From Phoronis australis (taxonomy: Eukaryota; Animalia; Phoronida), in assembly GCA_002633005.1 (NCBI GenBank), contig NMRA01000259.1:525181-589180 (forward strand): 64,000 nucleotides of DNA, given 5' to 3'. Shown piece after piece: positions 44,405-55,811 of the stretch; the first letter of the stretch is position 1; each line of letters opens with the position of its first letter. The notes below the pieces were generated by a model. That model was not told the DNA's origin. It saw only the letters and a program-made list of their open reading frames with translations, and did no database searches. The translations under genes were made by a program, and so were the position numbers.

Positions 44405-44560
44405 TTTTTATTGTCAGCCTCCCAATAAGACGACAGATCAGCCTTTCTATCATCTGCCTCGAAATCAGACAACAGATCTGCCTTTTTATCGTCTGCCTTC
44501 AAATCAGACGAGATCTGTCTTTTAATAGTCTGCCTCCAAATCAGACAACAGATCTGTCTT
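44405..44560. repeat. ~39-bp minisatellite, about 4 units
   Basis: Unit tttttatcgtctgcctccaaatcagacaacagatctgcc repeated with variation. Confidence 0.8.
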
Positions 44561-45040
44561 CTTACAGTGAAAAAGTTACAACAGTAGCTAGTATCGGATG
44601 CCCTATGTTGACTGCACGCAATTTGCCCGTCTGCCTGTTTAACAGTTCGCACATAAACATAGAGCTAATTACTGGCAAGACAGCTGACGATAAGTCTTCA
44701 GTTAACATTCAATTCAGCCATCTGAGCAGACATGCAATTCACCTTTTCAAGTAAACAGGAGCCAGTACAGAAGACAGATTCCCGCTTAACTCTGACAAGT
44801 TCTGAAATATGGTTGTTCTACGTTCATGAACTCAGGTAAGTCAAAATTTTCAAACTCGGATAAAACCTTGTTTCGTAATATCTGACCTAAACAAGTTTCA
44901 CTGTGTGCTATATACATATACACATAGATAAATATACTGGTGATTCTGCAACCTCATTATTGACAGACAGTCAAATCATTCACATTCATAAATGACACAC
45001 ACAGATTGCACAGTAATTCGAGTTGTGATAAGAGGAGGCG

Positions 45041-45118
45041 TTACCATCCAAACACGTATTCCACAGCTTTTGACAGAATGTTGTTTGATTTGTGTGGTGT
45101 CTGACTTCCTTGTACAAC
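45041..45118 (-). CDS. NUP35: NUP35 exon 11, C-terminal amphipathic helix (VVQGSQTPHKSNNILSKAVEYVFGW*)
   Basis: tttgcag acceptor; SKA.EY.FGW-stop is the Nup35/Nup53 C-terminus. Confidence 0.95.
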   Translation of the reverse strand, partial: VVQGSQTPHKSNNILSKAVEYVFGW

Positions 45119-45709
45119 CTGCAAACAAAAAGAACACCAATTCATGCCAATACAGTGAGGTGAAAATGGGGTGTACATTCATCTTTAGCCTCCTTGATTA
45201 GCAGAAAATTCTTCAATTTAGGTTAAAGCCGTAGCCAGAAAATATTTGGGTAAAGTTTGAGCATTTGTTACAATGTAGTAAGCCTTGACAAATGGCAGTT
45301 TTAGAAATAATTTTTGTCTCAAAGTAAACCAAATTTTAAATAGTAATAGAACTAAACTATACTTCAGACCTTTTACAAAATGTCTTTGATTACACGTGTG
45401 AGATCTTCCACCAATTTAGTAACTGCTAACTCCATCTAGTGTCTGCTCATGCAACCAGCCTAGGTCTAGCCATGTTGTATTCATTGCATAGAATGACACG
45501 TTAAATTGACGAAAACAGGTACATAACGCTAAGGAGACATTCTAAGCATGCAGCCCCCATATGTTAAATACTATCAAGGACTTAAGTTTCACATCGAGGC
45601 ATATCGGTGATTAAGGGCAAAAGTCACTCTCAATTAATGACACTTAAATCTTTATCTTCCACTCATACTCAAACTTGTACAAACTATAAGCCTCAGTGGT
45701 ACACATTAC

Positions 45710-45889
45710 CTCATTTTCAGCACTTGCGGCTCTATACGCAGCAGTCAGGGGTCGTATTGGAACTCTACGACTACTGTTGTTAAGACCACTGTTTTCCAGC
45801 TCGCCGGAAAGTTTGGGTGTGTGAACTGAATGCCCTCTAGTGAGACTCATGTTGGATGAGACATCGCCAACATGGTCATTCATAACTTT
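45710..45889 (-). CDS. NUP35: NUP35 exon 10 (KVMNDHVG...IRPLTAAYRAASAENE)
   Basis: catttcag acceptor, GTAATG donor, 180 nt phase 0; R.L..AY.A motif. Confidence 0.9.
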
Positions 45890-46074
45890 CTGAAATGCAG
45901 ACAGGCAAAGAATACTTTAATACACAGAGTTAAATATGGGGTCTTTCATCAAATGTCTATGTCCAGTCATAGCTGAGATAGTCATAAGCGTGTTATTGCA
46001 AATGCGATGCTGTGATTTGCACAAGTTAGAATAAAATCACGCCAACTGACAATGAAGTCAATATTTTTTTCATA

Positions 46075-46077
<3 letters not shown>

Positions 46078-46113
<36 letters not shown>

Positions 46114-46140
46114 GTGCGTGTGTGCGTGTGTGCGTGTGTG
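46078..46140. repeat. (TG)n / (TGTGCG)n microsatellite ending at a single N
   Basis: Direct observation. Confidence 0.95.
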
Positions 46141-47540
46141 NCATGTCCGTATCTCATGGTAGTACTCGGGGGAATTCTGGGAGGAATAAAACTCTTTATT
46201 CAAACAGTCCTTTGTAATTGTTCAAGTTGGATGGCATTAAAGACAATGACGACCTCCTAAAGGTGTCCCTCTATGCACAAAGGGTACTGGTAACAAGCGT
46301 GACTTTGAAGGTTTAATCACTGCGAGGCATAATTTATCAAAAAGCTTTCAGCATATGGAGGCCCATAGGAGGGCCACCGTATCTACTGCCACTTGAGACA
46401 GTAGTACTGTATAGTATTTGTGGAATCCTGACGCCGACCACTTCACGACTGTCCAGTCTGCACACCTCTTGCAGTATTTTGTATGGTAATTTCCCATTTA
46501 TTTCACACTAAAACAACTGCCAAAATTGTCGTTTTTCAATTTTAAAAGGATGATTACTTTAAAGCAAACAATAAACAAATTTACCAAAAGTTGTTATGAC
46601 ACCTACACAGTTCAAACCATGCTTGTAATAAACTAAATTTTTCTTAATCTATATTTTCGCAGAGAAATTTGACGAAATAAACTTTCACGTGTCAGCTACA
46701 TTGTTTGATAAATAAAAGAAATCCCGTATCTCAATCTCTCAACCACAGCTAATTATTGCACATATCATTACATAACACCCTTCAGTACACCAGAGTTGTT
46801 TAGCACATTTACCAACAGGATACCCACGCATACTCACAGTCTATGTCAAAAAAATACAACACTGATATAAACTGAAGAAAACTGAGATGAAAAACAGCAA
46901 TTTAAAAACTGTAAAAAATAAATAGATTCCATTTATGTCAGGGTGGCATATTGTTTTTTTTTCTAACCAGTTGGCTATATTTCGGGAGCAAGTTTTCCGA
47001 TACGCAAAATTGGTTGAATACACGACACTTGTCGTTATTAACAATCTTTATTCCGTTCCGTATCCTCGGAACAAAGTTTGGCACTCAACAGAATATTGGT
47101 AAAGCAACTGACCAAGAGACAAAAGAAGCTCAGTACTTCGAAACATACTTGTTTCGTTCTCAAGTGGGATACGAACGGAACGAAATAAAGATTGTTAATA
47201 ACTACAAGTGCCGTGTATTCAACTAATTTTGCATTTCTAACCAGTTGTATATGATTACTAATTATCAGTCGCTGCCAGACTCGGAGTTGAAACAGTTTCA
47301 TGCATTTGTACATTTTGAGCAATGAAATATATTTGCTGTTTACATCTACTACATAACTGTGTTTCTCTCATTCAACCTCCATTCAGGGAAGCGGTACTTT
47401 GTTAGCGGCGTTATTCACCCCATTAAAAAAACATTCTTCTTACTTGACAAGGCAAGTAATTGAGAACAACCCTCTAACAAAAAAGTGAGCGGACCTACAC
47501 AAAAGACCAAGTCAAGCATGGCTATAAACCATGTCACTTA

Positions 47541-47575
47541 ATGGAATGTCAGACACAGGCGAGGATGGACGTTTG
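47541..47575 (+). CDS. First coding exon of nested LRR-Ig receptor (MECQTQARMDV-W; alternative start ATG at 47565)
   Basis: TTG|GTAAGT donor, phase 2, joins acceptor tttttcag|G at 49913 to give signal-peptide-like MDVWSTTLYLVTILPVTVTL. Confidence 0.7.
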
Positions 47576-49912
47576 GTAAGTAGTTGACTTTTTTGGATTT
47601 TTGTTAAAAATAATAGCACAAAGGTTGTGCTATGAACAAACAATGAGAATAATATCGGGACTTGTTAGTTGACCTTGACAATGATGGAATAAACCTGAAT
47701 GTAAAAGCCCCGTTTACAATACATAGCTTTGTATAAGGAAATGACTTGTATCAAGATATTACCAGGTAACCTGTGTTCGTGCTACAGGCCTGAGGAGTGG
47801 TCTGGTCATAAGGTGAACAAAAGTTCACCATATTAGACTAGCATCAGGCACAACCAACACAGATGAAATAGGACACGTTCTACAGACAACTTTCCAGTAT
47901 TGTGCGAGCACAAAAGCTCCTTTCCAATGACCCAATTTCTTATTTCCTTGTGCAAAAAGGGTCTAGTTGATAGGGACAAAACACGATGTTTTCATTCATT
48001 TCAGAGAATGAGTTGAGGATCCCACTGCACAGCAGAGCTAATTTGAGTCGCAAAATAAATTTAAAAGGAAGAATAAAAACTACAAACCACTGCATAGAAT
48101 ACAGACCACCAACTACCCTAACCTCATCTAGTGACAAGGCATGTTTCGTCATGTCACTGCTATATCGAAAAGTGGCTATTGATTCCAGCATTGAACTGTA
48201 ATCACGCCACTTTCAGTTTGGGTTGTACGTATACTAAGGAATAGAGAAGAGGGATAATAGGTTTATCCCCTTCACAGTCACTAGAAGCAAAGTTGCATGT
48301 ACAGGATATCACCAGGGTTCTTGCCCACAAGGTTAAAAGAGAGACAAATGGCTTTGATAGCGCCAACAAGTAGCATGGCAGAGCCCTTCACTTTTGACAG
48401 CATAGGCCTCCTCTAAATTTGCATATGGTATATGTAGATATGCGAGTTATGAGCCGACATGAATGCTATCCAATAGAATGTGACGGGTAAAACGATGAAT
48501 TTAATATCATCTTCAATCCTCGAATCTCGTATTTTTTGGTGACCTGATAAATCGCCACGCGTTCGCTGATCAAAGTACAACTGCAAGTAAACAGACGCGA
48601 GTCGGAAATGTTGCGCAAAAAAAACGGCAGCACCTGACCAATGCCTATTAATCATCTGCTTTTGGTTGGAACCGAACGAGGGTGAAACGTGTTTCTTATA
48701 GCCAAATGCCATAGTATCGCGCTGTCATTCCATTTTTTCCGAATTTTGGTGACCTCATCTCCTATTTGGCGACCTCTGGAACTTTGGAAGGTCACATTTG
48801 GGCGAGTTGGCGTTACGCTAAACATGTTGAACATTATATTTATGATAAAACAAATTTCTTACCATAAACAGCGACGTTATCACAAAAACCATTGAAAATG
48901 ACCAAGTGAAAACTAAACAGTTGCCGAGTCCCAATGAAGTCCAACAGGTTACTGTCAACTTCCAATAGAACTCAACTCTGAGTTGGTTCAGCACAGTTTG
49001 CAAATATTTTATAAAACTGATAGCCATGAGGCATCACCTCAGAGATGTGCAGGATGGCAAGACGCGGTCAGCCACCCACCAAAGCGTATTATCATCAATC
49101 GACCAGACTGTCCACTAGATGTCCGAGTGTTGCCCTTTTGACATAATATTAGTGAACTCACTGCGCAGCTCACCTGCAGTATTTTCTCCGTCAAAGTTAA
49201 ATAGTTATAACGCAATCACTGTGAGTAACATGCTAATACTTTAGCCATGAACAGTTGACGTTATACAGGACCCTAGAAAATGTCAAATTTGACTTATTTC
49301 GGAACATCATTTCTCAGAAATAGCTATTGGATTCTTATGAAACTTTCTGATAATGTTTTCTGCTCTGCTCTCTAAAACACTACTAAGATTTGTTTTTAAG
49401 AGGTTCCACTTTTGCATGAACGGATATCAAATATAGGACTTTTGTGAATTTCATGAAAACAATCCTGAGTTGTACAAAATTAAATATTTTAGAAAATCGA
49501 AGACCACATCTAGAAGAATTATATCAAATAAAATTTAATCATTTTATTGACACCGTTGTTTTTCAAGATCAACACACCATTTCTTTTTGCTAAATTTACT
49601 TTGGAAAAATGACATGATCATGTGATCCAATTAACCACAGATTAATGAAATGTAAAAAAAAACACATTCTACAGACTTTTTACATTCAGAAACTTACTTT
49701 TACCAAATTAAAATTTTTAGTTCTGTACAAAATTATTGTTATTTGGCTCAATACACAGAAATGACAATAATATCCTAAATACATTTAATAGTTATAGAAG
49801 TATAATTGGAGCTCTTTAAATTATTAAAAACAAAATGGCTTATAACCAACATACATGAAATGACGTTTGAGCCACGGGAGCGGAATCACAAGAGTATATT
49901 TTAATTTTTCAG

Positions 49913-52358
49913 GTCGACAACGCTGTATCTGGTAACCATCTTGCCAGTGACCGTTACGCTACGGTGTCCAACAGATGGCATTCTTACACCAGAATTCATC
50001 CAGTCAGAGTACCGTGTGGACACGACCTCACTTGACCTCACGCAGTGTGAGCCCCGAATAACAAAACTAGCAGATGGAGCGTTCAACAACGTCACGAGAT
50101 TAAAAACACTGTTACTTAGTGGTAATCACATCGAGAGTATATCAAAGAACGTGTTTAATGTCCCCCTGGGGCTTGAAAGGCTAAACCTTCATAGTAATCG
50201 AATAACAAACATAATGGATACTACTTTCGCTTTACTGAAGCAGTTGAAAGAGTTAACACTACACGATAATCAACTAGAGGCTCTTAGTAGTTTTGCTTTT
50301 GAAGGAATGATGTTCTTGACGAAGTTGAGCTTACAAAGAAACAGAATAGCAGAAATTCAACCAGGTGCATTTGACTATTTACTCACTCTCAACTCTCTAA
50401 CACTGCACAACAATAAACTAACGAGACTGCCTGGCAATCTGTTCCGCCGTCTAAACCAGTTACAAGAGATAGAAATCTACTCAAACCGGCTACAGGCAAT
50501 AGAGATCGAGGCTTTCAGAGGGCTGACCAAACTTGTTGTCATCTACGTTCATTTCAATGAGATACGCACCATCGGTGACAGAGCGTTTTACGGCTGTACT
50601 AGCCTACAGATACTGGACTTGCACGACAATAAACTTGGCATGCTGGGAGAGCAAGCATTTGCTGGACTGAAAGGCGTGCGCAATGTGTACCTACAAGATA
50701 ACGTGATCACATCCATCCCATCAAACGCTTTTCGAGACTCGTTCATCGCAAGCCTCAACCTTCAGAACAATAGAATTCAGACTCTTCCAGTAGACGCAGG
50801 ATGGGACAAGGTGTCTATGGTTCAGTTAAGAGGTAACCCGTTTCATTGTAACTGTGAACTACAGTGGCTGAGAGACATCATTGCCACTTCCCAAGGCGGT
50901 AGGTTCAAGTCTGTCACCTGCGCCACGCCATTCGAGATGATACTAATCAACAGCAGCGCCAAGCTCTCCTGTCTAGTTCCACCTGAGGTGAAATTCGTCT
51001 ATGTGTTCAATCCCATATGGCTTCAAATTGAAATCATGTGTAGGGCTAATGGTGATCCAGCACCAAGTCTTACAATGAAAACACCAAAGGGCAGTACATA
51101 TACAGAATTGCCACACGGAAACAAGACAATCTATATCACTGAAGGGAGATGGAAATTTGGAGTCTACAAAATGTCATACGGAGAGTACACTTGTAATGCC
51201 TCTAACATTGTTGGTGTGCGAACAGCTAGCCTCACAATCAACTTCCCACCAGAATTGACAACAAAACCCAAACCAACAACAACTACAACACCAACAACTA
51301 CTATCACAACATCAACAACAACCGCAACACTAACCACAACACCAATAACAACTATAACACCAACTACAACACCACCAACAACATTAGGTACCATAACCAC
51401 AAAACCATCAAGTACCAAAACACCAACAAATGCAACAACTATCACAACAAGAATACCATCACCAACAACAGCCACAACACCAACTGTCACAACAGCAAAC
51501 ACCATAGCACCAACAATCACGATAACACCACCAACAACAATTACCACAACACAAATGTCTACCACAAAAGATACAACATTGACAATGATCTTCACAACCA
51601 CACCACTGGATCCAACACTCAAACAGACAATAACGAGATCAACTCAGCATTCAACCATTACTATTACAACAGCAATAAAGACAACTAGTCAAAAATCATC
51701 AACACAGCCAACAACGACACAAACCACAATGAGACCTACAACCTCCACAACAACAATGCCAACAACAACAAAGCCAACAACAACAAAGCCAACAACAACA
51801 AAGCCAACAACAACAAAGCCAACAACAGCAAAGCCAACAACAGCAAAGCCAACAACAACAACAAAACCAACAACAACAAAGCCAACGACAACAACAACAA
51901 ANACAACAAAACTAACAACAACCAAGCCAACAACAAAGCCAACAACATTAACAGATCAAACATCAACAATGGAGTTGACAAGTCAGCCTTCAACAAAGCC
52001 AACAGCACAGATAAGTACAACATCCACTCAACTGACACCAACAGAGGAACCGACAACAAGGCCACCTGGAGCTACAAGTGCAACTACGACCATAAACCTA
52101 CCGACAAAAATACCCTCTAAAACAGTATCTTATGTGGAGCCCACAACACCCATAGATACAGCTAAGCCACCAACCCCCCAGGCCAGAACCATGTCAACAG
52201 AAGGTACAGTGACGGTGGCGCTAGTGGTGGCCGTTGTTGCTCTTTTCATTGTTGTTTCAGCAGCCACATGCCTGATGGCGTATCGCAGACAAAATAGTTA
52301 TGTCGTTGAAAGGGTAAAGGAAAAGCATAAAATGGACGTCGGAAAGCTGTACTTGTAA
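49913..52358 (+). CDS. LRR-LRRCT-Ig-mucin-TM type I membrane protein, main exon (about 826 aa with exon 1)
   Basis: About 10 canonical ~24-aa LxxLxLxxN repeats, GNPFHCNC...C...C LRRCT, Ig (CRANGDPAP...GEYTCNASN), ~320-aa Thr/Pro stalk, TM VTVALVVAVVALFIVVSAATCLMAY, short tail; AATAAA 52494-52499. Confidence 0.93.
51756..51945 (+). repeat. Coding 15-bp tandem repeat (KPTTT)n in the mucin stalk
   Basis: aagccaacaacaaca units; one N at 51902. Confidence 0.9.
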
Positions 52359-52524
52359 CGCTGGATTAGTCCTTCCATTTAATATTAAGTCATGACGCTT
52401 CAACTGTATGTTCGCATTACTTTAGTGTGTATTATATTTTGTATCGGATAAGGTTGCTACTCCAACAAATACAATGCGTATACTGAATGGAATAATAAAA
52501 AATTGGGTCAAACTGCCAGTTGTA

Positions 52525-52605
52525 AATAACTCACAAAATCGATGCACTGCATTACTCTCAGCCATGATGCTACCACCAAACACCTTACACTACTGTTCTG
52601 GCTCA
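52525..52605 (-). pseudogene. Decayed tandem duplicate of the 3' half of NUP35 exon 9 including its donor
   Basis: aataactcac..atcgatgcactg..atgctaccaccaaacacctta..tactgttct.gctca mirrors 52631-52705. Confidence 0.8.
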
Positions 52606-52640
52606 GTTAAATGCATTAAGTGCCAATTATAATAACTCAC

Positions 52641-52769
52641 CGTATCGATGCACTGTGTTACACCAACCATAATGCTACCACCAAACACCTTACTGTTCTT
52701 GCTCAATGCTTTCTTGGCTTGTAGTTTAGACTGGTACTGGACGTGCATCCAGTTGCCATCAGAGGACAC
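52641..52769 (-). CDS. NUP35: NUP35 exon 9, RRM ([43 protein letters not shown])
   Basis: [17 protein letters not shown] motif; cacag/GTGAGT junctions, 129 nt. Confidence 0.96.
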
Positions 52770-52784
52770 CTGTGATGGAAATTA

Positions 52785-52960
52785 CCATCAACTCATTGGT
52801 AGTTTGTGTCACGTGACATGCAAATTACAATTGACTCATGGGTAGATTCGTGTCATATGACATCAAATTACAATTGACTTGTGGACAAAGCTATTTTTCA
52901 ATTAGATAACTGGTGAAGACATGTCATGTTATATGATATGCAAATTACAACTACATCATT
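52785..52960. repeat. Degenerate ~43-bp tandem repeat (gacatgcaaattacaattgactc)
   Basis: 3-4 imperfect units. Confidence 0.55.
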
Positions 52961-53348
52961 GGTGGAGAGATATCACAACATGTAAATATGGAGCAAACCA
53001 GTGACGGAAACTTCATGTAAAAAAGGCAAATTCTAGTAAAACCACCAAAGCATAACCATACGGCAAGCCAAGCTTAACAGAGTTGGAACGAGAGATAAAA
53101 CATCTATAAATCTTTGAAGATAAAACGAAACAAAATCTTTCATAACTTTTCATGTGACGAGTGCAATCAGATTGTATGTACGACAAGTGATGACCTTTCC
53201 TTATCACATTTACATGAAGAACATGCTTTAGTGGTTGACTACATCGACCACTAAAAACAATGCACTTTACAACAACGCAAAAGCGATCACAAGTCAATGA
53301 ACACACTTGTTCATGCTTTCAAAACGAATCAGGAGAATTTGTACTTAC

Positions 53349-53418
53349 AACGTTTTTTAGAATGTGACCGTATTGCGCAAACTGCTGAAGAATGTAAGAT
53401 GTCGCTGCAGACGGGAAC
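53349..53418 (-). CDS. NUP35: NUP35 exon 8 (FPSAATSYILQQFAQYGHILKNV)
   Basis: FP....SYIL.QFAQYG.ILK RRM motif; canonical junctions. Confidence 0.96.
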
Positions 53419-53611
53419 CTGAAAATGAAATGGTGTGACGCTTACCTTCTAAATCAAGACACGGAAGTACAAAAGAAGGTCAAGGACACTTGAGAAGCAT
53501 TTGTAGCACGAAATCTTCACTAATGCAACGGAAGCAAAGAATTATATCTGACAATTGAACATTCCAACATCTCCAACCAAACATGTCAATGGCCACTATT
53601 TTTATTATAGG

Positions 53612-54124
53612 CAGGGCTTGGAATGACCAATGACAAAAAACGCGGAAACTTTGAAACTTTTACGGCCCAAATCTTGCCCGATAACCAGCCTTGAAACTTG
53701 AAATAGTCAGTGTGAACCTTTCCCCACAAAAATCGGGACTAAAAAAAAAAAACGTTACCACCATCAGTAGCATGCATCTGCGTCCTTTCAGCTCGCCCGT
53801 CCACTCCCAACCCACACATTTTTGGCTGCAGAGCGGTAGTATTTGTCGCCGCGCTTAACAATAACACGAGACGTCATTGAATATCTCCCACCACGCTGTC
53901 CCAGATGCCCCGGCAATGTTGACAATTTACGTTCCTCCGAAACATAAAGAGCAACTTCCGCTTCTCGAGGTGAACGTCGTCTGCAACGCCGCGGTAAGAA
54001 AGGAATTTGCCGCGGAAATTTTATATCAAATCCGATTTTTTTACGTGGAAATATTATAAAAAAAGCGGAAAGCACATTTGAAAAAAGCGGAAATCCGCGT
54101 TTCCGCGGAAAATTCCAAGCCCTG
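53612..54124 (+). mobile_element. Non-autonomous DNA transposon, long form (513 bp), 6-bp TSD
   Basis: TIR CAGGGCTTGGAAT; TSD TATAGG at 53606-53611 and 54125-54130. Confidence 0.9.
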
Positions 54125-54312
54125 TATAGGGTAAGCTAATGCAGCCTCAAGCACACTCGCGAAACACCGGCCTTTCATTCGAGTGATTACTTGTGGTCCT
54201 GTGTGATCTTGACTGTTTGTGATTTGTTAGAGTCAAATGAACACACCCCAAACAATCACTGCAGTTCGTTTGTATCCAGTCATTAAGTGGTTTCCTCAAA
54301 CACGAGACTTAC

Positions 54313-54366
54313 CCGAATATAGTAACCCACGTTTCGTCCAATACTTCATCTGGAGAAATAGCCTCT
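54313..54366 (-). CDS. NUP35: NUP35 exon 7 (EAISPDEVLDETWVTIFG)
   Basis: LD..WVT.FG motif; phase 2/2. Confidence 0.95.
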
Positions 54367-55406
54367 CTAAAATGAACAAACAGCATCAATACACACGAGA
54401 ATAGACGGAGACCAATACCTAATGCCTCATACACAAACTTGTTGATGAGTTTCCAGTAGGTAGCTCCATTGGTTACATGAACATTTACCGTTATTTTGGA
54501 TTTCAACAAGCGAGCTATGATTACCGTACCTATCCAAACTAACAGTCATGTTCAGCTGTATAGCGGCCCCTGGGGGACAGTGACTGTGAACAAGCACATC
54601 ACAAGAACTTCAAATCCCAAAACATATGCAACTTGCCCACCTAAGTTTAATGTACTGTCAATTTCAGGGGCACTTGGTTAAAGCTGCGTGGGAAATATCC
54701 ACTCTTTACTGAAGGAGATAAGAACCGATGAGCGAATCCACCATTCGGGTATTTGCCCACCCTGACTTCTCAAAAATTTTGTCCTACTTCCTTAGTTTTG
54801 CAACGAAAGAACCCTCGGCATAAACCTGAATGAGTAACACTGAAATCTCACCAATTTGTGAATGCACACAGTTCTTCAAAATATTTTCTGGCAGTTGCTG
54901 GGGTAAAGAACTTAACATGGTAAAGCAATAATTTGATGCCATGTACCTCTCATGAAAGGGAAAATTTCACTTGTCTGCCATATAACAAGTGAAATTTTAC
55001 ATGTCGAATTCTGAAGAAAAATGACAGTTCAATGACTTTTTGCATTAAGTTTTTTACTCAGTGTCCGTTGTGAGCAGATGTCACCTCATAGCCAACCTTA
55101 AGATCTTTCTGACCAAACAACAGGGAGCACAGTACACAGTATTTTATACATTAGTCAGGAGACACCTCAAACACTGCAACTTGATTATTTTAACAACCAT
55201 TTGAAGAACCAGTTATTTTTATCCAAAGGTGATATTAAGTGAGGCAAGTAGTATGTGACGTCAAGGAATTAAGATATTGAACCATGTTAACACAGAAGTG
55301 ATTACTTAGTTGTGCTATTTAAGACACACAAACATGCACTTAGACAAATTATGTGTCTTGTGCTCAAAGACATCAACAAATTAACTTTTCCCAGTGGAGA
55401 GCTCAC

Positions 55407-55494
55407 CCTTGTGTGTAGAAAGGATCCAACTGAGTGGGTGATTGTTGATTGGGACCTCCTGCTAAGTAGACACCAGCATCCAGCTGAGATTTGT
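55407..55494 (-). CDS. NUP35: NUP35 exon 6 (KSQLDAGVYLAGGPNQQSPTQLDPFYTQG)
   Basis: SP.QLDPFYTQG motif; canonical junctions. Confidence 0.95.
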
Positions 55495-55811
55495 CTGTGA
55501 GAAAAAAAGTATTCAGTTCAGAGAACTTCCCTGCACAGGGTATGCCTGCATTCAGGCTCAGGCGCCTATACCAAAAAGTAAGGAGCAAGTCTATGGGCCA
55601 GCGCAGATGGAAAGCTTAACTCATGTTATTCTTATCTGTGCACAGGTACGTAGAACGATCACTAACCTATGGACTGCAACATTACTAGCAAACAGCGTAA
55701 ATGCAGTACACATGGTTACAATCAGAAAGCGAGAGAGACTTGTTGTTTGCCAGGTGATAATTGATTTTCATTAGCTACCGACTGTTATCGGATACAACCG
55801 TAGATGCAAAA

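Noticed and set aside
44405-44560. CRISPR-like repeat appearance
   Set aside because: Units are contiguous without unique spacers; no cas genes; eukaryotic context
49941-49943. ORF-track start of the 805-aa protein
   Set aside because: It is a TTG inside the exon; the real start is more likely in the upstream exon at 47541 or 47565
51164-52065. Val/Leu-rich minus-strand ORFs
   Set aside because: Antisense shadows of the ACA/CCA-rich mucin stalk
53788-54075. ORF MLSAFFIIFPRKK, also seen at 39562
   Set aside because: Shared only because both lie in copies of the same non-autonomous element; non-ATG start and no domain
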